Below are positions 50,811-60,536 of a stretch of 64,000 nt of DNA, one piece after another (position 1 is the first letter of the stretch; every line of letters begins with the position of its first letter). The stretch spans positions 20,773 through 84,772 of the forward strand of contig CANRSN010000001.1 of NCBI GenBank assembly GCA_947642455.1, written 5' to 3'. The DNA comes from an uncultured Clostridiaceae bacterium. Its GTDB lineage: Bacteria; Bacillota; Clostridia; TANB77; CAG-508. The position numbers and the translations under genes are program-made. Below the pieces are notes generated by a model, which ran no database searches, was not told the DNA's origin, and saw only the letters and a list, made by a program, of their open reading frames with translations.

Positions 50811-50978
50811 GAACAACAGTGGCATGATTAATATTTCTTAACATTTTAAATTACTTTTATGCCACGCCCGTTGTTCGTCCGCCAAAATTGCTTTAGCAAT
50901 TTTGTGTGGAACATTTGGCGAAGCTTTTATATACTAGTAAAGTATAACAGATTGTTGTACTTTACTAGTATATAAAAA
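50811..50978. repeat. Family B multi-hairpin element, full unit
   Basis: GAACAAC..GTTGTTC stem, CAAAATTGC/GCAATTTTG stem, GGCGAAGC, terminal TATATACTAGTAAAGTA hairpin. Confidence 0.85.
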
Positions 50979-51025
50979 TAAGGTAGAAAACTTCTTTTGT
51001 TTTTTACCTATATTTTATGTATTTT

Positions 51026-51604
51026 TTATAAATTTTCTGTTCCATCATATGGAATAAATTTTTTTACTATGTCTTGCTCTATGGTACTTATATCTCCTGC
51101 TACTTTGTATTCTTCAAAAGACATTTTTATTTTATTATCTACTAATTGTTCTACATCTTCTTGACTTGCATGCTCTGCTAATACCAATTCACTAACTAAT
51201 ATTTGCTTTGCATTATTTAACATTTTTTTCTCTCCTGTTGACAAGCCTTTTTCTTTTTGCTTAAAAGCTAAATTTCTTACTACATCTGCAACTTCATAAA
51301 TATCGCCACTTTTCATTTTTTCCATATTGTCCCTATATCTTTTATTCCAATTGTTTGACATCTCTGTTTCATTTTCTTCTAATATTTTTAATACCTTTCC
51401 TGCGTGCTCTTTATCTATTATATTTCTAACACCTATTTGCTCTGCTTTTGCTGTTGGTACCATTACCTTTACTTCTCCTGGCATTTTTATTATATAATAT
51501 GACTGCTTTTCTCCTAAAATATCTTTTTCTTCTATTGAATCTATTGTTCCTGCTCCATGCATTGGATATACTATTTTATCACCTACATTAAACATGTAAG
51601 CCAC
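51026..51604 (-). CDS. CarD family transcriptional regulator
   Basis: FNVGDKIVYPMHGAG, WNKRYR, LSTGEKKML. Confidence 0.92.
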   Translation of the reverse strand: MAYMFNVGDKIVYPMHGAGTIDSIEEKDILGEKQSYYIIKMPGEVKVMVPTAKAEQIGVRNIIDKEHAGKVLKILEENETEMSNNWNKRYRDNMEKMKSGDIYEVADVVRNLAFKQKEKGLSTGEKKMLNNAKQILVSELVLAEHASQEDVEQLVDNKIKMSFEEYKVAGDISTIEQDIVKKFIPYDGTENL

Positions 51605-51725
51605 TCCCTTCTAGCTAGTTTTATTTATATGTAAGTTTAAGAAAGGTTTTGATTCTCTTCTTCAACCACCACATTTATTATACTATAATTTTTGGTAAAA
51701 GTCAAAACATTTACCAAAAAAAATT

Positions 51726-52193
51726 TTATTTTGCAGTAGAACCAAATCCTCCAACTCTTTCACCTTCTGCATTGTCTACATCTGTTAAAAAATACTTTTG
51801 AAATATTGCTTGTCCTATACATTCACCTTTTTTTATTTGTATATCTTCGTCTTTTACATTAAAAAATGCATACATAAACGCCCCATCATTTTCTGGGTTT
51901 CCATAGTAATCTTTATCAATTATTCCTATACTATTAGCTAGTATTAAACCTCTTTTTCCTGGATTTGAACTTCTGTTACATAACATTAAATATTCATCAT
52001 CTTGCATATATGCTTTTAACCCTGTTTTTACTAGTGTTGGCTTCATTCCTTTTTTAAAACTTGGTATTGTACAATCTTCTGCTGCTTCAATATCATATCC
52101 TGCAGAATATTTTGTTTTTCTTATAGGTAAATTTATATTTTTTTCTTCAAACCCTTTTGCTACTTCAAAACCTCTTATTCTTTCCATTTTCAT
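51726..52193 (-). CDS. dut: dUTPase (trimeric)
   Basis: SAGYD, RSS, GIIDKDY, RVGGFGST. Confidence 0.93.
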   Translation of the reverse strand: MKMERIRGFEVAKGFEEKNINLPIRKTKYSAGYDIEAAEDCTIPSFKKGMKPTLVKTGLKAYMQDDEYLMLCNRSSNPGKRGLILANSIGIIDKDYYGNPENDGAFMYAFFNVKDEDIQIKKGECIGQAIFQKYFLTDVDNAEGERVGGFGSTAK

Positions 52194-52378
52194 CTTATCC
52201 TTTCTTAATACAAATTGGCTAATTTCTTAACCTTATTACATTTTTATCAATTTCTTTTTTATTTTATATTACTTTTTTTTCTAAGTCAATAATAATTTTA
52301 TTTCATTTTCTCTTGAAATATGTTTTTGACTATGATAACATACATATGTAACAGTCAATTATTTAAAAGGAGGTTTTT

Positions 52379-52642
52379 ATGCCATTGCAAAAAAAACAAT
52401 GCTTTTTAAGTGAAGCTGACAAAAGAGAACTTCGGAGAATTTTAAAAGAAAATTTTCCAAAAAAGACAGACTTAGAAATAAATACAATGTTCCAAAAGTT
52501 AATGAACTCTGGAGGAAAAGAAGGCTATATCAAAAAAGTCAATGGTAAAATTACAAAAATAGGAGTTATTACTGAAAATGATAATATTATTTACTTTTGT
52601 CCTGACATTAATTCTGACTTTCCTTGGATGTACAAAGATTAA
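52379..52642 (+). CDS. Hypothetical protein (ORFan), 87 aa
   Basis: AAGGAGG RBS; terminator 52653-52687. Confidence 0.6.
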   Translation: MPLQKKQCFLSEADKRELRRILKENFPKKTDLEINTMFQKLMNSGGKEGYIKKVNGKITKIGVITENDNIIYFCPDINSDFPWMYKD

Positions 52643-52745
52643 AAACCTATGAGGTGTCAATATCATTTTATTGACACCAATTTTTTGTAAATTTTGTAAA
52701 TTATATTGACTTTTTACTTTTATTGTAATATAAATTAATAAACAA

Positions 52746-52764
52746 AATGAGAATTGTTCTCATT
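52746..52764. promoter_or_regulatory. Fur/PerR-like operator upstream of rubrerythrin
   Basis: AATGAGAAT-T-GTTCTCATT inverted repeat (7-1-7-like) between a TTGACT-17-TATAAA promoter and the RBS. Confidence 0.55.
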
Positions 52765-52782
52765 AATATTTAGGAGGTTATT

Positions 52783-53316
52783 ATGGAATTAAAAGGATCT
52801 AAAACAGAAGCTAATTTAAAAGCTGCATTTTCTGGTGAGTCAGAAGCAAGAAACAAATATACTTATTTTGCAAGTGTAGCAAAAAAGGAAGGATATGAAC
52901 AAATTGCTGCTATATTTTTAGAGACTGCAGAAAATGAAAAAGAACATGCTAAATTACACTTAAAATATCTAAATGGTATTGGAGATACTAAATCTAACTT
53001 AGCAGATGCTGCAGCTGGTGAAAACTATGAATGGACTGATATGTATGCAACTTTTGCCAAAGAAGCCGAAGAAGAAGGTTTTATGGAAATTGCTGCTACT
53101 TTTAAAGGAATTGCTGCTGTTGAAAAGGAACATGAAGCTAGATATAGAAAGTTATTAGAAAACGTTGAACAAGGAGAAGTTTTCAAAAAAGGAAGTATTG
53201 TAATTTGGAAATGTAGAAACTGTGGTCATATTGTTGTTGGAACAGAAGCACCAAAAATTTGTCCAGTTTGTAAACATCCACAATCATACTTTGAAATAAA
53301 AGCAGAAAATTATTAA
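52783..53316 (+). CDS. rbr: Rubrerythrin
   Basis: [28 protein letters not shown]. Confidence 0.95.
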   Translation: MELKGSKTEANLKAAFSGESEARNKYTYFASVAKKEGYEQIAAIFLETAENEKEHAKLHLKYLNGIGDTKSNLADAAAGENYEWTDMYATFAKEAEEEGFMEIAATFKGIAAVEKEHEARYRKLLENVEQGEVFKKGSIVIWKCRNCGHIVVGTEAPKICPVCKHPQSYFEIKAENY

Positions 53317-53517
53317 TTTGATGTATCCTAAAATTAGTCTTATAGGTATACACAAAAATTGAGTATATTTTATCTTATATTGATTTAATATACTCAATTT
53401 TTATATCTGTTTGTAACAATTATAGGTAAGAAAAATTTGTATTGTACTGTTTATTTTTAAATATTAACTCAGCTTATTTTATAGTTCATTTCATATTATA
53501 ATTTATTGTTTAGTTTT

Positions 53518-55666
53518 TTATATACAAATTGTATTCCAGACTAATGTTGTTATCATACATATTATAACTCCACAAACTGTTGGTAATATAAATGATATTA
53601 TTACCCATTTCCATCCTCCTGCTTCTTTTTTTATTGTAAGTAATGTTGTACTACATGGAAAATGTAAAAGAGTAAAAATCATTACATTTATTGCTGTAAG
53701 TATAGTCCAACCATTTTGTACTAATATTTGACCTATTTCGTGAGCATTTTCTAAATCTACTAATATGCCTTTTTGCATATAACTCATTAATATTATTGGC
53801 AATACTATTTCATTTGCTGGAAGTCCTAGTAAAAATGCTGTTAATATATATCCATCTAATCCCATTAATTTTGCAAATGGATCTAGAAAATTTGCTACAT
53901 ATGTCAATATGCTTACATTATATATTTGAATATTTGCAAATATCCAAATAACTATTCCTGCTGGTACCGCAACTGCAATCGCTCTTCCGAAGTACAAATA
54001 GTGTTCTGTCAAATATTGATCTTACTAATATTTTACCTATCTGCGGTCTCCTATATGGTGGCAATTCTAAAATGAATGAGTTTGGTATTCCTTTTAATAT
54101 TGTCTTTGATAATATTTTTGATATTATTAATGTTAGCATTATTCCTAATATTATTACTATAAGCACTGTTAATGTAGATACTATTGATGAGAATATTCCT
54201 GTAAAATAACTCCCTACAAATACTGTAGCTATTGTTATTAAAAATGGAAACCTACCATTACATGGTACAAATACATTTGTTAATATTGATATTAATTTTT
54301 CTCTTGGAGAATCAATGATTCTTGTACCTACAACTCCTGCTGCATTACAGCCAAGACCCATGCACATGGTTAGTGCCTGTTTTCCTGAGCTACATGCCTT
54401 TTTAAAATACTTATCTAAATTAAAAGCAATTCTAGGTAAAACACCTAAATCCTCAAGCAAAGTAAACAATGGAAAAAATATAGCCATTGGTGGAAGCATA
54501 ACAGCAGTCACCCAAGTAACAGTACTATAAATACCATCTATTAAAATTCCCCTTATCCACTCAGGAGATCCAAAAGAATGTAATATTTTAATCAGAAACT
54601 CTTTAATCATACCAAATAGCTCAGAAAGCAATGAAGATGGATAATTTGCTCCAACTATAGTAATCCATAAAATAAAAGCTAGAAAGGCTATCATAATAGG
54701 AATACCAAATAATTTAGAAGTCAATATCTTATCAATTTTTCTATCTCTGCTTCTGTAATCACTTCTTTTATATTGTATAACGTCTCTTGAAACATTCTCT
54801 GCTTCAAAAACTATGCTAGAAACAACTTTATCTCTCACATCTTCTTTTTTTATATCATTTCTCTCTAAAATTTTTTGTACTTCTGATAATTTATCATTAA
54901 TTTGTTTATCATCAAAATTTAGTTCTAAATTCTTTTGAATAGAATATAATATCCTATCATCTCTATCAATTAATTTAAGACAAATCCATCTTAATAAATA
55001 TTCATTTCTCTTTGGAAGAATATTTTGTACCTTACTTTCTAAAATCTTTATACAGTCTTCTATAATCGGTATATACTTAATTTTATTAGATTTTATAACT
55101 ACTCTTTTCTCTAAAACATCTGTAACTTTATCCATTAATTTGTCCAAAGTTTTCTTTTTTCTTGCAATAGTTCCTACAACAGGAACTCCTAATCTTTTTT
55201 CAAGCAATTTTAAATTTACAGTTATCCCCTTTTTCTTTGCTTCATCTAATAAATTTACGCATACTACAATATTAGATGTTATTTCCATTATTTGATATAC
55301 TAAATTTAAATTTCTCTCTAAACAAGTTGCATCTAATATAATTACAGTTGCATCTGGATTTCCAAAACATATATAATCTCTAGCTATTTCCTCCTCTTGC
55401 GAGTTTGACATTATTGAATATGTACCAGGTATATCTACCAATAAGAATTTCTTATTTTTATAATTACAAATTCCATTACTATTTTCTACTGTTTTACCTG
55501 GCCAATTTCCTGTATGTTGATTCATTCCAGTAAGTCCATTAAATATTGTTGATTTTCCCACATTTGGATTTCCTGCTATTGCTATAACATAATCACTATT
55601 TTTCTTTAAATTATCAATATCATTACTTAACAACTTTTTTCCCATAGACCTATTTGTAAGCCCCAT
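53518..55666 (-). CDS. feoB: Ferrous iron transporter B containing a +1 frameshift at 53989 (CGG-A); ~715 aa if joined
   Basis: GNPNVGKS, DIPGTYS, CMGLGCNAAG, ELPPYRRP in ORF1; ..LFVL-(c)-GRAIAVAVPAG, PANEIV, HFPCSTT in ORF2. Confidence 0.9.
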
Positions 55667-55707
55667 ACCATCACCTCAATATATACTATTCTTCTTACCT
55701 TTAATAG

Positions 55708-55929
55708 TTACATTTGAACTTCTATATTTTGGCTATCTTCTTCTCTAAGTGAAAGTACCATACCTCTAACTTCATAAGCTGTTGGATCTCCCAATGGACT
55801 TTTTAATACTGGTTTTATCTTTGTCCCATCAATTATTCCTAAATCTAAAATTCTTCTTTTTATACTTTCTGTACAATTTATTTCCTTTACAATAACTTCT
55901 GAATTTATTTTAACCTTGTCTAATGTCAT
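55708..55929 (-). CDS. feoA: Ferrous iron transport protein A
   Basis: RRILDLG, SPLGDP; upstream of feoB. Confidence 0.9.
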   Translation of the reverse strand: MTLDKVKINSEVIVKEINCTESIKRRILDLGIIDGTKIKPVLKSPLGDPTAYEVRGMVLSLREEDSQNIEVQM

Positions 55930-56058
55930 TTTTTCCCCTCCTTTTAAGCTAACAGTGTAAACATAACCTTTACTATTATATTATAAATAATTTTTTTTGT
56001 GATTTTGTTGTATTTATTTAATTGATGTTATAAAATAATTGCAAGGAGGAATTCAAAT

Positions 56059-57945
56059 ATGAAACATAAAAAAATAGTTTTAACATTAATTATATTATTC
56101 TTTGCACTCATACTATTTGCGCCAAAAACTTTTGCTGGCAGTTTAAAATTAGAAGACTTAAAATATGATGTAGACTTAAATTCAGATGGTACAGCAAATG
56201 TTAAAGAAACTTGGGTAATTAATATTAGAGATACAAACACTTTATTTAAAACATTTGAAATGGATAGCACAAAATACTCTGGAATCACTGATGTTCTAGT
56301 AGTTGAAACAACTGGAGGTAAAAGAAAGGATTTCACACAAAAAAAATACTGGCAATATCATGTTGACAAAGATTGCTATTATGGACTTATAAACAAAAAT
56401 AGACAATTCGAAATTGCTTGGGGAGTAAGTGAAAAAAGAGCCACTAGAACTTTTGAAATTAGCTATACAATAAAAGATGCTATAAAAAATTACAACGATT
56501 GCTCTGAATTTTACTGGCAATTTATAAGTACAGAATCAGAGATACCAGCAAAAAAAGTTTCAGGAACAATCAATTTGCCTGAAGCAGCAGTCAATAAAGA
56601 AGATATTAGAATATGGGCACATGGACCATTAAATGGCAATATATTTCTCGAATCAAATACTACAGTAAAATTTGATGTAGAAAATTTAGATGAAAACACT
56701 ATGCTAGAGGCAAGAGTTATTACTCCTACAAGTGTATTTTATGAAAATGATAATATTTTAGAAGTAAATAAGCTAAATACAATTTTAGCTCAAGAACAAA
56801 AATGGGCAGATGAGGCAAATAGAGAAAGAAATCTTAGAAATCTTATTGTGATAGCTATCATTTCTATTATAATAGTTTTAAATATTATTGGTATTGTAAT
56901 AGCTGTTTTTCTATCAAAGAAAATTTCTACTTATAAAAAAATACTAAATGAAACACCTATAATAAAACCAACAAATCCAGCAAAATACTTTAGAGATATT
57001 CCAAATGAAAATTCAACTCCAGCACAAGCAGGATTTTTATACTATTTTAACAATACTGGTATAGACTCAAACATCTCTCAAATAATTTCTGCCACCTTTT
57101 TAGATTTATGTTTAAAAAAATATATATCTTTTGAAGTTGCATCTGATAAAAAAAATGACATAATTATTATTTTAAATCCAGTAAATAGTATCAATTTACC
57201 TAATGATGAAAAATTAATCTATGATTTATTAGTTAAAGTAATTTCAAACAACTCTCAAAATTCTTGCACAATGAAAGACTTTAAAAAATATTGTGAAAGA
57301 CATTCTTCTGAGTTTCTAAAGCTATGTACAAATATTACAAAAGAAACTAAAAATATTTGTCAAGCAAATGGTAATTATGATAAAGCACTTATTATTAATT
57401 CTTCAGATTGGTCTGCTAAAGGTGTGGGATATATATTTTTAGCTATATTAGGTTTTATTCCATTTTTGGCTTGTGTAATTCCATCAATAATTCTTGCATA
57501 CTATAGTTTTTCTTTAAGCTCAAGACTTAAAACTTTAACTCAAAAAGGAACAGATGAAAAAGAATGTTGGACTGGTTTAAAAAATTATATGAATGATTTT
57601 TCCTTACTAAAAGAAAAAGAAGTTCCTGAACTTGTTTTATGGGAAAAATACTTAGTATATGCTACAGCTTTTGGAATTGCTGATAAAGTTTTAAAACAAT
57701 TAAAGGTTATTTATCCTCAAATTACAGATTATAATTATATGTCTACACATGGTTATGCTTATCTTTATTGGTCATTCTATGGTAATATGAATGGTAATTT
57801 TATAACACATATTAATACTTCTGTTTCTGGTGTATATAGTTCAACTCACTATTCTTCTGGAAGTGGCTTTGGTGGTGGCTTCTCAGGAGGTGGCGGTTTC
57901 GGTGGTGGCGGTGGCCGGAATGGGCGGAAGATAAATTTAAAATAA
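56059..57945 (+). CDS. DUF2207 family membrane protein (ends 57934 as ...GGMGGR if +1 shifted at 57916)
   Basis: Signal peptide, WAHGP, WEKYLVYATAFG, Gly-rich tail. Confidence 0.85.
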   Translation: MKHKKIVLTLIILFFALILFAPKTFAGSLKLEDLKYDVDLNSDGTANVKETWVINIRDTNTLFKTFEMDSTKYSGITDVLVVETTGGKRKDFTQKKYWQYHVDKDCYYGLINKNRQFEIAWGVSEKRATRTFEISYTIKDAIKNYNDCSEFYWQFISTESEIPAKKVSGTINLPEAAVNKEDIRIWAHGPLNGNIFLESNTTVKFDVENLDENTMLEARVITPTSVFYENDNILEVNKLNTILAQEQKWADEANRERNLRNLIVIAIISIIIVLNIIGIVIAVFLSKKISTYKKILNETPIIKPTNPAKYFRDIPNENSTPAQAGFLYYFNNTGIDSNISQIISATFLDLCLKKYISFEVASDKKNDIIIILNPVNSINLPNDEKLIYDLLVKVISNNSQNSCTMKDFKKYCERHSSEFLKLCTNITKETKNICQANGNYDKALIINSSDWSAKGVGYIFLAILGFIPFLACVIPSIILAYYSFSLSSRLKTLTQKGTDEKECWTGLKNYMNDFSLLKEKEVPELVLWEKYLVYATAFGIADKVLKQLKVIYPQITDYNYMSTHGYAYLYWSFYGNMNGNFITHINTSVSGVYSSTHYSSGSGFGGGFSGGGGFGGGGGRNGRKINLK

Positions 57946-57984
57946 ATATGAAACAATGCATAATTAATAGGAGGTATTAATAAT

Positions 57985-58842
57985 ATGAATATTAATGTAG
58001 AAAAAGCCAAAAATTATATAAAAAATCTTGGTTTTGATATAGATTTAGACTACAAAATATGGAATGAAACCCTAGAATATTATACTGCTAAAAATGACTT
58101 AGATGGCTTAGCTAAATATATTTCACAACTCCAAAATTGTGGTGGATATGCACTAGAAATTCCTATATGTATATGGCCAGTACCAAACTATACTTTTGAA
58201 GAAAAAGTATTGAGAATTATGAATTTGTACCCATTTGTAAGATTACTATCAAATTCAAAACTTAAAGAAAATGAATATATTGTAATATATAGAGCTAAAG
58301 GAAATGGTCATCATTTCATTAAAATTAATAACCATTCTGAAGTATTAGAAAAAGAATCAGCTAAATTACCTCAGAAGTTTACTGGTTGGGGAGCATTGCA
58401 AAATGCTCCACAGGCGGTTTTCGCAGTACTTAAACAAAATTATCGAGATAAAAAAATAAAACAATTACCACAATGTAACAGAAATATGTTTTTAAATTGT
58501 GATGCTTATGAATATACAGAAGATGGATATACAGATATAATAACTCAAGAAGCAGAAAGACCAGATACTTTTGAAAGAGTTTTAAAAAATGCCTATAATA
58601 ATAAAAAATCTACTTTTATATATAATAAAAAGAATTTTTACTTAAAGACAGAAAAAAATGATAATGAATTAATATATATATGTAATGAAAACTGCATTTT
58701 AGGTAGCGTTTGCACAGATGGGGAAACATTCATAATAGAATTAAATGAAGAAAAGAAAAATGAAATATTTGGTTTTGAACCAATTACACAAATTCAAATA
58801 TGTAATGAAAAAGAAACTGATATTTTAGAAGTTGAAAAATAA
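57985..58842 (+). CDS. Hypothetical protein, 285 aa (NCGGYAL...HF possible papain-like Cys/His)
   Basis: AGGAGG RBS; motif weak. Confidence 0.7.
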   Translation: MNINVEKAKNYIKNLGFDIDLDYKIWNETLEYYTAKNDLDGLAKYISQLQNCGGYALEIPICIWPVPNYTFEEKVLRIMNLYPFVRLLSNSKLKENEYIVIYRAKGNGHHFIKINNHSEVLEKESAKLPQKFTGWGALQNAPQAVFAVLKQNYRDKKIKQLPQCNRNMFLNCDAYEYTEDGYTDIITQEAERPDTFERVLKNAYNNKKSTFIYNKKNFYLKTEKNDNELIYICNENCILGSVCTDGETFIIELNEEKKNEIFGFEPITQIQICNEKETDILEVEK

Positions 58843-58995
58843 ATCTTTTTATTGAAAACGTTGTCCTAAAATAAATTTTGGTAAAATATAGAATATCCTA
58901 CCACTTTGATGGTAAAATATTCTATATTTTATTATAAAATTGAGTAGCTGTTTTTTATATATTATTTATTTTCTTAAAATATCAATTTTTACTTT

Positions 58996-60357
58996 TCAAA
59001 TATTACAATGGTCTGTCCCTTTTGGGACATTTTTGTCCCTATTTGCTCCGTCCCATTTTATACCTATTAAGTCATATTGTTTTACGTCCACAATTTTGCA
59101 TTTTATAAACTTATTCATTAATTCTTCATCTTCTGCTTTTATGTAGATACACCCATCAATATCTGGAACATCCATATAACTTCTTGCTACATAATACTTA
59201 GAGTCAAATGTTTTTCCTTCAACAAAAATATCAAAAATTTTACCAATAAATTTTTTCATATTTTCTGTTGAAATTTCCTGTTGTAGTTTCATTATTTTAT
59301 TATATCTACTCTTTTTAGTATTTGCATGTACTTGTCCTTTTAATTTTTCTGCTGGAGTATTATCTTCTTTTGAATAAGCAAAAGCTCCTAACTTGTCGAA
59401 TCTAGCCCATTTAATAAACTCATATAATTGTGTAAAGTATTCATTTGTTTCACCTGGAAACCCTACCATTATAGTTGTTCTAATAATAACATTTGGAATC
59501 TCATTTCTTAACTTTATAATTAATTTTTTTATATTATCACTGTTACTTTTTCTATTCATTCTTTTTAAAACAGAGTCTGAAATATGTTGAATTGGAATAT
59601 CAAAATATTTGCATATTTTATCATTATTTTTAACTACCTGTATTAGTTCATCTGTTATAGTTTCAGGATACGAATATAAAAATCTAATCCACCTTATTCC
59701 TTCTATATCACATAATTTTTGTAATAGTTCTGCAAGTTTTGGTTCTCCATATATGTCTATTCCATATTTTGTTGTATCTTGAGCAATTACGATTAATTCC
59801 TTATAACCTTCTTTTGCTAATTTGTTAGCTTCTTTGATAATGTCCTCCATCTTTCTACTTATAAAAGGTCCTCTAATATATGGTATTGCGCAATATGTAC
59901 ATCTATTACTACACCCTTCTGCAATTCTTAAATATGCGTAATTATCTCCTGTTGTAATTACTCTTTCCATAAAGTCTAATTTATTGTTAACTTTGTTATG
60001 TATATTCCTGTTAATTAATTCCTCTATTTGCTCCCAAAATGTATTATATGAATCATATTTAATCCATAAATCTACTTCTGGAATGGCTTTTGAAAGCTCT
60101 TCTTTATAACGCTGAACTATACATCCCATTACTATTAAATATTTGCATTTTACTTTTTTATATTCTGCCATTTCTAATATTGTATCTATTGCTTCTTGTT
60201 TTGCAGATTCTATGAAACCACATGTATTAACTACTATTATTTCTGCTTCTTTAGGATTGTTTACTATATTAAAATTATTTTTCTTAAATAGTCCTATCGC
60301 CATTTCTGTGTCTACTAAATTTTTACTACAACCTAGTGAGATAAATCCTACATTCAT
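58996..60357 (-). CDS. rimO: Ribosomal protein S12 methylthiotransferase
   Basis: SLGCSKNLVDTE, NTCGFI, EGCSNRCTYCAIP, PDIDG TRAM region. Confidence 0.93.
   Translation of the reverse strand: MNVGFISLGCSKNLVDTEMAIGLFKKNNFNIVNNPKEAEIIVVNTCGFIESAKQEAIDTILEMAEYKKVKCKYLIVMGCIVQRYKEELSKAIPEVDLWIKYDSYNTFWEQIEELINRNIHNKVNNKLDFMERVITTGDNYAYLRIAEGCSNRCTYCAIPYIRGPFISRKMEDIIKEANKLAKEGYKELIVIAQDTTKYGIDIYGEPKLAELLQKLCDIEGIRWIRFLYSYPETITDELIQVVKNNDKICKYFDIPIQHISDSVLKRMNRKSNSDNIKKLIIKLRNEIPNVIIRTTIMVGFPGETNEYFTQLYEFIKWARFDKLGAFAYSKEDNTPAEKLKGQVHANTKKSRYNKIMKLQQEISTENMKKFIGKIFDIFVEGKTFDSKYYVARSYMDVPDIDGCIYIKAEDEELMNKFIKCKIVDVKQYDLIGIKWDGANRDKNVPKGTDHCNI
58999..59055 (-). repeat. Family C element forming the rimO C-terminus
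   Basis: TGGGACGGAGCAAATAGGGACAAAAATGTCCCAAAAGGGACAGACCATTGTAATATT. Confidence 0.9.
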
Positions 60358-60536
60358 TTCTACTCCTACTTTCTAAAATCACTCTTATATATTTTTATTA
60401 TTTACTTTCTAAAATTACTTTTTATACTCTTTTATTTTTTAGCTTTCTGCACTTTTTCAAAATCTCCATTTATTTACTTTTGCTTTCTGATATTTCCTTA
60501 AATATCCTTTTATTTGCTCTAGCTTTTTTTATTTTC

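Noticed and set aside
53518-54012. Separate 164-aa gene
   Set aside because: It is the FeoB C-terminus in the +1 frame; no RBS, and the first 8 residues are out-of-frame feoB sequence
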